Shown one piece after another: positions 20,074 through 29,807 of a DNA stretch of 64,000 nucleotides. The position numbers and the translations under genes are program-made. The DNA comes from an uncultured archaeon (GTDB taxonomy: Archaea > Aenigmatarchaeota > Aenigmatarchaeia > PWEA01 > JAGHBM01), in NCBI GenBank assembly GCA_964584335.1, contig CAZOZN010000002.1, forward strand, positions 130,974 to 194,973, written 5' to 3'. The stretch's first letter is position 1; every line of letters starts with the position of its first letter. A model generated the notes under the pieces. That model did no database searches and was not told the origin of the DNA. It saw only the letters and a list, made by a program, of their open reading frames with translations.

Positions 20074-20103
20074 TGTCAGAATCAAAAATATTCTTGTGAT
20101 TTC

Positions 20104-20433
20104 ATGAAACCTTTTTGCGAGTCAATGTCGCGTTACGTTATACCGACAATAAGAGCTTTGGTAGCAAGAGACTTGATAGAAGTGCATAAACTAAACCAAA
20201 AAGAAGCGGCAAAAAAACTAGGAATGACCCAACCCGCCGTTTCGCAATATAAAAAGCATACCAGAGGAGATAAAGCAAGAAAACTCGAAGAGGATAAAAA
20301 AATAAACAAAATGGTTTCAGAAATGTCCAATTCGCTTGCAAAAAACGAGATTGACTTTCAGGAAGCCGCTTCTGAAATTTGCAATATATGCAAATACATA
20401 AGAAGAAGAAAATTGACGAAAGAAATGTTCTAA
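20104..20433 (+). CDS. HTH transcriptional regulator (COG2522-like)
   Basis: PFCE, LNQKEAAKKLGMTQPAVSQY...RG, ICNIC. Confidence 0.85.
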   Translation: MKPFCESMSRYVIPTIRALVARDLIEVHKLNQKEAAKKLGMTQPAVSQYKKHTRGDKARKLEEDKKINKMVSEMSNSLAKNEIDFQEAASEICNICKYIRRRKLTKEMF

Positions 20434-21326
20434 AGTTTTACTTCTACAAATATTATCCTGGTTATAAAACCAGCCAAAGGAGAAAACAAAACAACCCTGA
20501 GCAGTTCAAGTATGGAAAAAATAACAAAGGGTATCATAAAAATTGAAAAGTTTATCAAAGATGACATGTTCGGAGAATCCAAAACCTTATCCACACCATC
20601 CTCTATTGTCTTTTTCTGTACTTCCGTGGCATTCGCGTATTGTTCAACAATCATTTCTCTCTGTTCTTCATTCAACATATCAAACTCTTCCGGAAGTTCC
20701 TCTCCCGTAGCGTTACCGAATTGTGTGGGCACCATCAAAAAAACAAAGTTCTTGGTCTCGTTTCTATATACGTTTGTATAATTATCTACCTCGTAGTATG
20801 TGTTGACAAAAAGAGTTAAAAACAATATAATATTCAAAATAAAAAAACACTTACTAATAGTCTTTGAGCCTATCCTGTATTTTTTCCATTTCTTTAATTC
20901 ACTCAGGTACATTACTGTAATAGAAGTAACCATCGTACCTGATAAAATAAGACCTATAGAAAAAAATAAAGAGTATACAGAAGGTCCTACCAAAAGAATG
21001 CCTATTATGGAAGGGATTAAAAAAGAAATAAAGCAAAGTTTTCTATCCTCACCAAAATTTACACCGTAAAAAACCAAAACAGAATAGGCAATGGTTATCG
21101 GTATAAAGGGTATCAAAAAAATCAGGGGTTTTGTAACAGAAGACTTTATAGCCTCGGCTGCTGTAGCACCCTTTGATATTGAAATAAAATCTTTGAAAAA
21201 TATTAAGGGATATTTTAAAACGTGATCTATAGACAAAGAAAAATTCTTTATAAAAACAAAAGAAAGCAAAACCAAAACTGATGTTAATGTTCCAAGAACT
21301 ATTCTTCTCTTTGTCTCGTTTTTCAT
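20430..21326 (-). CDS. Multi-pass membrane protein, unknown function
   Basis: About six hydrophobic segments in a 298-aa ORF. Confidence 0.65.
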   Translation of the reverse strand: MKNETKRRIVLGTLTSVLVLLSFVFIKNFSLSIDHVLKYPLIFFKDFISISKGATAAEAIKSSVTKPLIFLIPFIPITIAYSVLVFYGVNFGEDRKLCFISFLIPSIIGILLVGPSVYSLFFSIGLILSGTMVTSITVMYLSELKKWKKYRIGSKTISKCFFILNIILFLTLFVNTYYEVDNYTNVYRNETKNFVFLMVPTQFGNATGEELPEEFDMLNEEQREMIVEQYANATEVQKKTIEDGVDKVLDSPNMSSLINFSIFMIPFVIFSILELLRVVLFSPLAGFITRIIFVEVKL

Positions 21327-21330
21327 AAAA

Positions 21331-24300
21331 TCATTTCTTTTTGTTTTTTCCGATTTTGCTTAGATTCTTCTTTATCTTGATTATCCTCTTTGACAGCCTT
21401 TCTCCTATGGGTTTTTTAGTTCCGGGTTTTTTGTACTTGTATTTCTTTGGATAATAAGTGTTCTTTGGTGGCGGCAAAAACAAGTAAACCACAAAACCTG
21501 CTATTATAATAACTATAACACCGACAAACAACCAAACATAATTTTTGCTGTCCCCCAAAACTCCCTTTGAAATATCTCCCCCGCCAGCAGAAGATACCAT
21601 AACGCCAGCCTGTACTATCAAAGACTTTATCTCGTTTTCCATTTGCGCTGCATTGTAATAATCATCATTGTCTATATAATTCTTCATCTGGTCTATTTTT
21701 GTCTTTATTTGGTTTAGTGTATGATTCATCTCTGTGACATTTTCTCCGCTCTGGGAAAGCAATTTCATCTTATTCTCTAATTGTGTGTAGTTTTCCAGAT
21801 ATTCGCTGTAACTGGTGTTGACTCTCTCTTTTTCATTTTCAGAAGGAAGAACTATCAAAGTAGATGACTTTGAATCGTAAACATTATCATTGCTAACATT
21901 TATGGTTAATGAGTACTCCTTGACATTTGCGTCAAGGGGAACAGTTAAATTTACTGTAAATTCATCATCCTCGTTAGGAATTAAATCCAAATCATTTGGT
22001 TCGTATTCATACCAAGAAGATGATATTCCTTGTATTTCAATAATTATGTTGTTTTCATCTGCGTTGCCGTCGTTCATAACCTCTACTATAAACTCCTTGC
22101 TTGCTCCCTGCTCAACTGAAAGCGATGAGGGATATTTTTTAATATCCAAGTCCCTGTTAACGGTCGAGGTGGTTTGTGAAGTTCCTGTGCTGTCATCACC
22201 TGAAGTGGATATGTCATTGATATCTATTGTAAAATCTATATCATTGAATGATGGGTCATCTACATTTACATCCAAATCAACAGACACAGTATCTTCGTCT
22301 ATTTCACCCGCGTCTATTTCCCAGGTATACCAGCAAGTTTCTCCCTCGCTGATGCTTATGTTAAAGTAATACCAGTCTCCTTCGTCGTCTCTGCCCTTGC
22401 TGCCACAACCGCTCTTCAAATCATCCTGGTCAACACTCAAATGAGTGTTCTTGTCTTCAAGCGCTATTTCTCCTGTAGCAGTCTTGGGGCCGTAGTTTGT
22501 TACCGTCAGGTTTACTGTGCCACTGTCTCCCTCGTCCAAATCAAGATTGTCCACCTTAGCAAGCCATAGGGCGGGGTTGTTAATAACAAAAGTGTCGTTA
22601 GTCCCTTCTCCCGTGGAAATATATGAATCCTTCTTAAGACTTGCTGTAACATTAACATCATAATAACCACCCAGTATAGAACTGCTTCCGGGATATGTTG
22701 CATTAAGCCAATACTGGCCGAAAGCTGCCCTAAAGAAGGAACCGGAAGTATGTTCCTTTAAATCAGTAAAAGTTATCGTTGGTGACCATGATGTTTTGTT
22801 TTTGTTGTAAATCTTAACGCTTGTAAAATTTTCAACTTCCAGTCCAGTATACTCGGTGCCGTTGGCCAGGTAAGTCTCTATTTTAAGCGTTACGTTTTCG
22901 TCGCTAGAAGCTGCGGTTATTTCTTTGTCTCCGCTTTCTGTATTAAAATTTCTAAGATAAACAAAAATCTTATTCGTCAAATCAACTACCAATGAAATAT
23001 TAAAAGAATCGTATGGAGATGCTCCGTAATAAGTAGGCATTATCCATCCTTCATAATATCCTGTTGTATTTTGAAGCGAAGTGTTTACGGTAACGTTAAC
23101 ATAAAATGTTTCCGTGTCTCCTGGAGATATTGAAGATGGAAGACTATAAACAAACTTCATATATTCGGACGAGGAATTAAGATAAGAAGAATTGGTGTGA
23201 CCATAAAGTGAAATATCGGAATTGCCTGTGTTCCTTACATTAATTGGTATGATTACAGTTCTGTTGAATCCAAGATTATGAGACCTTGATATTGAAGAGC
23301 TGTTAAAAGAGCTGTTTATCATAAGCTCTCCGGTAGTTATATTGAAACTGAAAGGAAAGTTTATGGAAGACCCGCCTGAACTGTACTTTAAACTGCCTAA
23401 ATAATTTCCGCCGAGAGTTTTGTTCTGAACAGTAAGGTTAAAATTAATACCGACTGAATCGTTAACGTGTCCTAAATAATTAATATCAGCTGGTGTGAAG
23501 TTCGTGTTTATCCATTCGTTTTCGTCAACCCATCTCTTTATATTAAGCGTGTAAGGGCTCGTCTTATTTGTATTGTTCAAAACTTCGACCCTCCAATAAC
23601 CGTCATCCGACAACCCGACTCCCGTCGAGTCCTCTGTGTATTCCTCCTGCATGACAGATGAAATATTTGCATTAAAATAACCGCCGGAGGAAACGCCAAC
23701 AAGATTTTCGCCGGGGTCGTAAAGACTTATTGTGTAATTTGCCGAACCGGTCCAGTTAGCGCTAACGAAAATAGAAGTTATAAAATCTGGCATCCTTATA
23801 GAAAAATTGGCCGGATCGGATGCAGAAATATGTTCGGTGTGATAAAGTTCTTTAGTTTCCGTCAAAGAAGTATAGTTTATGCTTCCATCATTCTTTACCG
23901 TAATGTTTCTTTGTATAAAATCAGAAACATTGAGCTTTCCAAAATCCAACCTGCTTGAAATATCGGTGCCGTTTTGATATGTTATGTTAAGGGTAGAGAA
24001 ACTAATTGTTCCTGTATATGCTGTATTACAATTTACATCGCCAAAAACCCTTACCTCCCAGAACTCGTTATCGGGGAGATATTGATATTCCAATTTTTCC
24101 GAATTTCCTTGTATATTCTTTGCCTTCAGGTTACCGGAAGAATCCAAAAGAAACAAATCCAAATCAGAATTCAAGCTTATGGAAACAGTATTCGCTCCAT
24201 CTATCAGACTTGTGTTAAAATAATATGAATGGTAAGTTTCCGGGTTGGCCGGTAACTCACCCCTAAAGTAACCCCTTGCGGCTGTCTCGTTTAGTTCATT

Positions 24301-24822
24301 ACCCGAATATATGGGGATGTTGATTTCCAAAGGCATGAAATAGGAACTGTTCTCGCCTGTTATGTTAAGATGTCCCCAGTACCTTCCGGGAGGGCAAGTC
24401 TCATTCGCAAATATTAGCATCTTTGCAGAACCGCCCTGGGTTATGTTTGGTGTTAATATTGTTTCATGTCCTGTGGAATTTTTTGAATGCAATAAAAAAC
24501 TGACTGTGCTTCCTAAACCGCAGTTGTCAGATTCATAAGAACCTATTATACCTGACTGTGAATAATTTGAAAAAATTGTATTGCCAAAAGGGCTGGTTCT
24601 TTCATCGACATTAAGGTCCAAAACATTCCAAGTAGAATTTACACCAAAAGTAAGATTAGTCATGAAAGAGTTTGTCCAGTTAAGTCTTGTTACGTTTGGA
24701 GTAATGTTAAAATTTGCAACGGGCTCGCTCCAGGAAGTATTACCAAAAATCAAAACAGGCAAAACTAACAAAACAAAAAACGAGACCGACAAAACTCTTT
24801 TTAGTACCATTACCACACCCAA
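21331..24822 (-). CDS. Large cell-surface glycoprotein (Ig/CARDB-like repeats, coiled coil, C-terminal TM)
   Basis: Signal peptide, many N-x-S/T sequons, beta-rich repeats (V.N.G), Ser/Thr linker, TM followed by PPP and a Lys-rich tail. Confidence 0.8.
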   Translation of the reverse strand: MGVVMVLKRVLSVSFFVLLVLPVLIFGNTSWSEPVANFNITPNVTRLNWTNSFMTNLTFGVNSTWNVLDLNVDERTSPFGNTIFSNYSQSGIIGSYESDNCGLGSTVSFLLHSKNSTGHETILTPNITQGGSAKMLIFANETCPPGRYWGHLNITGENSSYFMPLEINIPIYSGNELNETAARGYFRGELPANPETYHSYYFNTSLIDGANTVSISLNSDLDLFLLDSSGNLKAKNIQGNSEKLEYQYLPDNEFWEVRVFGDVNCNTAYTGTISFSTLNITYQNGTDISSRLDFGKLNVSDFIQRNITVKNDGSINYTSLTETKELYHTEHISASDPANFSIRMPDFITSIFVSANWTGSANYTISLYDPGENLVGVSSGGYFNANISSVMQEEYTEDSTGVGLSDDGYWRVEVLNNTNKTSPYTLNIKRWVDENEWINTNFTPADINYLGHVNDSVGINFNLTVQNKTLGGNYLGSLKYSSGGSSINFPFSFNITTGELMINSSFNSSSISRSHNLGFNRTVIIPINVRNTGNSDISLYGHTNSSYLNSSSEYMKFVYSLPSSISPGDTETFYVNVTVNTSLQNTTGYYEGWIMPTYYGASPYDSFNISLVVDLTNKIFVYLRNFNTESGDKEITAASSDENVTLKIETYLANGTEYTGLEVENFTSVKIYNKNKTSWSPTITFTDLKEHTSGSFFRAAFGQYWLNATYPGSSSILGGYYDVNVTASLKKDSYISTGEGTNDTFVINNPALWLAKVDNLDLDEGDSGTVNLTVTNYGPKTATGEIALEDKNTHLSVDQDDLKSGCGSKGRDDEGDWYYFNISISEGETCWYTWEIDAGEIDEDTVSVDLDVNVDDPSFNDIDFTIDINDISTSGDDSTGTSQTTSTVNRDLDIKKYPSSLSVEQGASKEFIVEVMNDGNADENNIIIEIQGISSSWYEYEPNDLDLIPNEDDEFTVNLTVPLDANVKEYSLTINVSNDNVYDSKSSTLIVLPSENEKERVNTSYSEYLENYTQLENKMKLLSQSGENVTEMNHTLNQIKTKIDQMKNYIDNDDYYNAAQMENEIKSLIVQAGVMVSSAGGGDISKGVLGDSKNYVWLFVGVIVIIIAGFVVYLFLPPPKNTYYPKKYKYKKPGTKKPIGERLSKRIIKIKKNLSKIGKNKKK

Positions 24823-24857
24823 ATCTTATAAATATAATATTAGATTAATTTATAAAT

Positions 24858-25355
24858 CTATTTACATATGTTTTGTCCCTGTTCATTAAGCACATTTTTC
24901 TTTATATATACCGGGCTATTTGTCCTAAGAGCAATCGCTATAGCATCGGAAGGTTTCGAATCCAATAAAAGTTCTTCTTTTCCTCTTTTCAATCCAATAG
25001 AGGCGTAATATATTTCCCCGTCAAAATCATCTATCTTTACCATCTCAACGGTTATATTGAAGTTTTCAACAGTATCAACAAGAAGGTCGTGTGTATTCGG
25101 CCTTATTTCAATCTCTTTCGCCAGCCCAAGCTTTATGGAATCGGCTCTTTCCTGCGTTGTGGTGGCCACTATAGCAGTACAGTTACTGCCCAGTACTATT
25201 GTTGAGTCTATAACATCAATAACATCTGCTTTGACATACTCGTTGGTGTCTATCTGTTCCACTATTCCCAAAACCCCGATGGAAGAAAAGAAAATTACTG
25301 TTAAGAAAACCAAAAAATATTTCTTCTTTAAATGTCCTGAATTTTTTTTGACCAT
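24858..25355 (-). CDS. Bifunctional nuclease family (DUF151) protein with N-terminal TM
   Basis: RPNTHDL, YYASI, DSKPSDAIAIALR...PVY. Confidence 0.85.
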   Translation of the reverse strand: MVKKNSGHLKKKYFLVFLTVIFFSSIGVLGIVEQIDTNEYVKADVIDVIDSTIVLGSNCTAIVATTTQERADSIKLGLAKEIEIRPNTHDLLVDTVENFNITVEMVKIDDFDGEIYYASIGLKRGKEELLLDSKPSDAIAIALRTNSPVYIKKNVLNEQGQNICK

Positions 25356-25385
25356 ATTATTAATTAACCCCGTTGAAAATAAATT

Positions 25386-25463
<78 letters not shown>

Positions 25464-25494
25464 AAAAACAATACATTTTATTATATCAAAAAAC

Positions 25495-27294
25495 TTAAAT
25501 AAAGACCTTTATTTCTTTCTTTTTTGTTATAGCATTCAATAACTCCTTCCCCAGTTCCGAGTTTTTAGATATCCTAATTTGACCGCTCTTGCCGACCGTA
25601 GCCGTAAAGATATATTCGTCGTCTATATATGTATTGGCGTTTTCCCCCCTTAGCTTCTTGTTAAATGAAAATATTAAATATGCGCCGCTCTCACTGACAC
25701 TAAAACTAACTTCCTTGCCAAGGCTTTCGACCTTTGGCTGTACATCTATGCTTACACCCAGCTTTCTTTCTATTTTTTCTATGTTCTTGCCTTCTTTTCC
25801 TATCAGCTTGGGTATAGCTTTGTTAGAGACCTTTACTATTACTCTTTTTCCTCCGACACACTCAACCTGGGCAGACTTGTCATATTTTTTTATTTCATCC
25901 AATATCTTTTCTATGGCCAAGTTCTGAATTGGTTCGGTTTTTTCTTCTTTAACTTCCACAACCACGTTTTCCTCTCCGTATGTGTATATTTCGTAATTCA
26001 ATTTTCCCGTCTCAAAATCACTTATCTCGACTACGGGTCTAGCAAGGTCCTGTTCAACCATTCCAGAGGGAACCTTAACCCTCATGGATACCGAGTACAC
26101 GGTGTCTATACCTCCATTGTCTATGTAAATTATAGTATCCAGTATGTGTGGTATCATTCCGAGTTCTGTCCTGCCTATAAACCTTTGTACAGCATTTATA
26201 GGGTCGCTGGCGTGAACAACACCAACCATTCCTATACCAGAAAGTCTCATATCAGAAAATACCTTGAAGTCGGATGTCTTTCTCATCTCATCATAAATAG
26301 TATAATCTGGCCTGACAAGAAGAAGTATATCAGCCGAATTTGACATGCTTCCATTTAAAGGAGCATACTGTGTGACTTCTGGTGGTACCTGCAAATCTCT
26401 CGGCGACTCAAGAGTTTTTATTATTTTTCCGTTCTTAAGGTAAAATTCGACCAGAGCGGAAGCAAAAGTTGACTTTCCGGAACCGGGAGAACCAGATACC
26501 AGTATGCCCTCTGCCTTGCCTTTAAGTCTCTTCAAAAGTTTTTTGGAAATATTATAATCTTTTAGCTTAAGGCTTACGGTTGGCCTAACGATTGTTATTT
26601 CATAATCCCTGGAAAATGGAGGTTTTGTTATAGCTATCCTGTACTCACCAAGCTGTATGACCTCGGCCCCGTTCCTTTTTATCTCGAATTCACCCTTCTC
26701 ATGCCTTGATACATAAACTATATTGCTTGCCATTTTTTCTAAATCTTCTCTGGTGCATTTTTTCTTATCAAGCTTCTTTATTTTTACTTTACCCGGCTTA
26801 CCAACTTTTGATACCGGTATGGCGTTTTCCTTGAAATGAAGGGACATTGTATTCTTGGTAATGTACTTGTCGAAACCAAGCTTTTTGTCGGTCTTTGTAT
26901 CCAAGTATACCACTTCAAGACCGTCCGCCTTTGCTACCTCGGCCTGAACCAAATCCTCCGTGTAAAGAATCGCTTCTTCTTGTTTAGCAACATCCCTTAT
27001 CAAGGCGTCTATCCTACCTTTCTTTGCAAGCCTTATTTCATCTGGGGTAGGCCTTCTTCCTGTTCCCATTACATTCATTTTATTGTTCTTGGAGAGTTCC
27101 CTTAGTTTTTTTATCTCGTTTAATCCATCAAAACCTATTTCAAGGCCCCTGTTGGCTTGTGCCTGTAGTTCATCTAAAACCATCTCGGGTATAATTATAT
27201 CAATATTTTTTAACTCCTTTTTAACTATGAGTTCAGACAGTTTTCCATCTATAATAATAGAAGTGTCTGGTACTATTTTTCTTCTTTTTTTCAT
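25495..27294 (-). CDS. PIN-domain ATPase with KH domain (PINA family)
   Basis: N-terminal PIN (VPDTSIII), GSPGSGKST, ESPRDLQ, RPDYTIYDEMR, KH motif LIGKEGKNI. Confidence 0.92.
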   Translation of the reverse strand: MKKRRKIVPDTSIIIDGKLSELIVKKELKNIDIIIPEMVLDELQAQANRGLEIGFDGLNEIKKLRELSKNNKMNVMGTGRRPTPDEIRLAKKGRIDALIRDVAKQEEAILYTEDLVQAEVAKADGLEVVYLDTKTDKKLGFDKYITKNTMSLHFKENAIPVSKVGKPGKVKIKKLDKKKCTREDLEKMASNIVYVSRHEKGEFEIKRNGAEVIQLGEYRIAITKPPFSRDYEITIVRPTVSLKLKDYNISKKLLKRLKGKAEGILVSGSPGSGKSTFASALVEFYLKNGKIIKTLESPRDLQVPPEVTQYAPLNGSMSNSADILLLVRPDYTIYDEMRKTSDFKVFSDMRLSGIGMVGVVHASDPINAVQRFIGRTELGMIPHILDTIIYIDNGGIDTVYSVSMRVKVPSGMVEQDLARPVVEISDFETGKLNYEIYTYGEENVVVEVKEEKTEPIQNLAIEKILDEIKKYDKSAQVECVGGKRVIVKVSNKAIPKLIGKEGKNIEKIERKLGVSIDVQPKVESLGKEVSFSVSESGAYLIFSFNKKLRGENANTYIDDEYIFTATVGKSGQIRISKNSELGKELLNAITKKKEIKVFI

Positions 27295-27440
27295 ATTTTC
27301 ACCTCTTTAAAAACGTAATTAGTATTTTATCGAATTAATCGTCATTTGTTGTCTGTTTTTTAATCTCTATTTTATAAACCATATTTCAATACAGATAAAT
27401 GTTTAAATTATACGCAGTTTTACTCTATTCTGGTGCTAAG

Positions 27441-27560
27441 ATGAAATGTCCTGAGTGTGGAAGTGTTGATATAAAAAGGGAGGATGACGGCAGAAACATA
27501 TTGATTTTCTGCGGTTCCTGCGGCCTTGTTATTGAAGATGAAATTATAGTCTCCAACTAA
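27441..27560 (+). CDS. 39-aa TFIIB-type Zn-ribbon protein (absent from ORF track)
   Basis: Manual translation MKCPECGSVDIKREDDGRNILIFCGSCGLVIEDEIIVSN; GGTG RBS and TTTAAAT upstream. Confidence 0.75.
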   Translation: MKCPECGSVDIKREDDGRNILIFCGSCGLVIEDEIIVSN

Positions 27561-27562
27561 AA

Positions 27563-28774
27563 TCAAGACAAGTCCTTTTGTATATAGACCTCCATATTCT
27601 TCGGGGGACTTATTCTTCCTCTTACTTTCATCCCGACCAAATATTTTATGTTTTTCTCTGCGGCGAACTTCACCAGTTTTTGGTCCAGAGATCCGTCAAA
27701 AAGAATGGCGTAAACATCCTTAATCTCTCTTAGAGCACCGAACATTTCTTTTACAGGTATCTTACCTATTATTTTCATGTTTTCATCAAAGAAATAAGCA
27801 GCTCTTGTTCCTGTAAGGTCAGAAAGAGTTTTTTTAAACTCTTCTTTGTGTTTAATCTCTTTTTTGTGCTTGAAATCTTTTTTTGAGGTTTTTTTAGTGC
27901 TTTTTTTGTTTTTGTTGTTGTTTTTTGTTTTTGATTTGTTGTTTCCGTTTGTTTCTATTTTCTCCTGGTCTGAAGGTATTTTATCCCTTAAACTCTTATA
28001 TATTTCTTTTTTAGTTAAATCCTCGACTTCTTTGCCTCTCGGAGCTCTTGCAACGAAATCTAAATCCATTTTCTTTTGTATCATTTCCTTTAATATCAAA
28101 TCTCCTCCTCTGTCTCCGTCAAGAAAAACTGTTGTGGTCTTCTCCCTGCTGAGATTTACTATAGATTGGGGAACAGAAGAGCCTTCTATTGCTATAACGT
28201 TTTTTATTCCGTTTTTAAGCAATTTTATAACATCTGCCCTGCCTTCGCATACTATAATAGAATCGTATGAGTTTATGTTTGGTCCTGACGGGAGCCCTTT
28301 ATATTCAGTAGCCTCAGATGAACGTACTGCTTCCTTTATTTCCTCGGCTATTTCCTGTGTTTCTGGCATTCCCTCTTCAAAAACAGTTTTAAGTATCTCC
28401 TTTGCTCTATCGACCACATACTTCCTTTTTAGAGCCCTTATGTCTTCTATCTTTTCAACGTTTATTTTTGCATCGCAGGGCCCAACTCTTTCTATAGTCT
28501 CTAAAGTTGATGCTATCAGTGCCGTTTCGCTGGCATCAAGGGAAGACGGTATATTTATTGTTCCGTCTGTGTTTCCTTTCTTAACATTGAGTTTTACCTC
28601 TATCCTACCTATTCTCCCTGTCCTTTGAAGCTCTCTCAAGTCCATATCAGAACCTAAAAGACCCTCTGTCTGTCCAAAAACAGCACCTATTACATCAGGC
28701 TTCTCCACTACTCCTTTTGATTTGAAGTTAGCCACGATGTTATATTTTGATGTTGATTGAGCCAATTTGCTCAT
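27563..28774 (-). CDS. dnaG: Archaeal DnaG (TOPRIM, exosome-associated)
   Basis: GVVEKPDVIGAVFGQTEGLLG, VCEGRADV, FLDGDRGG, RAPRGKEVE. Confidence 0.95.
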   Translation of the reverse strand: MSKLAQSTSKYNIVANFKSKGVVEKPDVIGAVFGQTEGLLGSDMDLRELQRTGRIGRIEVKLNVKKGNTDGTINIPSSLDASETALIASTLETIERVGPCDAKINVEKIEDIRALKRKYVVDRAKEILKTVFEEGMPETQEIAEEIKEAVRSSEATEYKGLPSGPNINSYDSIIVCEGRADVIKLLKNGIKNVIAIEGSSVPQSIVNLSREKTTTVFLDGDRGGDLILKEMIQKKMDLDFVARAPRGKEVEDLTKKEIYKSLRDKIPSDQEKIETNGNNKSKTKNNNKNKKSTKKTSKKDFKHKKEIKHKEEFKKTLSDLTGTRAAYFFDENMKIIGKIPVKEMFGALREIKDVYAILFDGSLDQKLVKFAAEKNIKYLVGMKVRGRISPPKNMEVYIQKDLS

Positions 28775-28871
28775 ATAATCACCCCGTATTAAAACCTAGA
28801 AAGAACTTGGCCACTTAGACCACTGTAAACCCCAAAGGGGCAAATTTAATGAATTATGAACATGAAATGTC

Positions 28872-29135
28872 TTAGTCCTTTCTATAGGTTCTTATCATTT
28901 CTGATATATTATCTATATCTCCCGCAACCTTTATAAACTTATCCCTTGAAGTTGCACCCGAAACAAAGGAGTAATCTCCAAAAACTTTTCTTAAAACTTT
29001 ATCTACCTCCTTGTTTGCCATTCCCTTTTTTGGTGGCTTCTTGACATGCAAACTCAAATAAAATCCTCTAAAATCCTTTTTTAGCTCTATTTCAGGCTTT
29101 TTTGAGTTTGGTTTTACTCTAACCCTTAACAACAT
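28872..29135 (-). CDS. DUF167/UPF0235 protein
   Basis: VRVKPNSK, PP.KG.AN, SGATSRDK. Confidence 0.85.
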   Translation of the reverse strand: MLLRVRVKPNSKKPEIELKKDFRGFYLSLHVKKPPKKGMANKEVDKVLRKVFGDYSFVSGATSRDKFIKVAGDIDNISEMIRTYRKD

Positions 29136-29170
29136 AAAACTATTTAACAGTTTTTATATTATAAAGTATA

Positions 29171-29518
29171 ATGAAAAAACCTTTTGTTTATAAAGCATTT
29201 CAAGTATGTGACCACAGAAAAGGAAAAATAGGCGAAAAATACCTTTGTATAGATTACAGAAACAAGAAAAAGGAATACTACAAGGATTATGAAGGAGCTG
29301 CAGAAAAAATCATCAATTTAGAAGGTGTTGTGTTCTACAAGCCAAACAATTTTCCGCCTTCAAAATGCGAGGTAGAGTTTTCAGGTAAGTGTTCTGAGGA
29401 AACAGAACTTATTCCAAGAAACACGTGGATATACAGGAAACTGGGCAACAAAGAAATAATAAAATTAAAAGAAGAACTGGAACACCAGAGAGTTTGTTCT
29501 TTTGTTGATAGTTTGTGA
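29171..29518 (+). CDS. Hypothetical protein
   Basis: ATG ORF filling the gap, TATA-like sequence upstream; no motif recognised. Confidence 0.5.
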   Translation: MKKPFVYKAFQVCDHRKGKIGEKYLCIDYRNKKKEYYKDYEGAAEKIINLEGVVFYKPNNFPPSKCEVEFSGKCSEETELIPRNTWIYRKLGNKEIIKLKEELEHQRVCSFVDSL

Positions 29519-29584
29519 CCCGCCCATAACACTCCTTTTCATAGAAAGCCTTTTGGCCTCTTTAAGAGCTGATCTAGACGGGCC
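29514..29584 (-). ncRNA. Putative H/ACA box guide sRNA (single hairpin)
   Basis: Lower stem GGCCCGUCUA/UGGGCGGGUC, internal pocket, upper stem CUCUU/AGGAG, apical GCC-AAAA-GGC. ACA follows the stem directly, 15 nt from the upper stem. TATA box TTTAAATA ends 22 nt upstream. Confidence 0.6.
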
Positions 29585-29619
29585 TGATAAAATTAATAAG
29601 ATGAATTATTTAAAGTTGT

Positions 29620-29766
29620 TTATGGCACGCTGCATTCTCCGCGTATCTCATATGTGCTATCATGCTCAACAACTACGGGTGCTATGAACCTGACCTTTAT
29701 TTTCCTTCCGCAGCTACACTTGACTTCTATCTCCTTTATACCATCTTTCTCTAATATCTCTGTCAT
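29620..29766 (-). CDS. Small hypothetical protein (CxC motif)
   Basis: MTEILEKDGIKEIEVKCSCGRKIKV...; AGGTGA RBS before ATG at 29766. Confidence 0.55.
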   Translation of the reverse strand: MTEILEKDGIKEIEVKCSCGRKIKVRFIAPVVVEHDSTYEIRGECSVP

Positions 29767-29807
29767 AAAATTCACCTTTGGATAAAGAAGATTCAACAAC
29801 AAAGTAT

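Noticed and set aside
27846-28628. Long antisense ORFs (also 745-1365, 17180-17860, 53716-54426 and many shorter ones)
   Set aside because: They are shadows of well-supported genes on the opposite strand, with Phe/Ser/Leu-rich composition and no motifs.
29514-29584. SECIS element or tRNA fragment
   Set aside because: No in-frame UGA selenoprotein candidate nearby (hydA uses Cys) and no T-loop or D-loop consensus.
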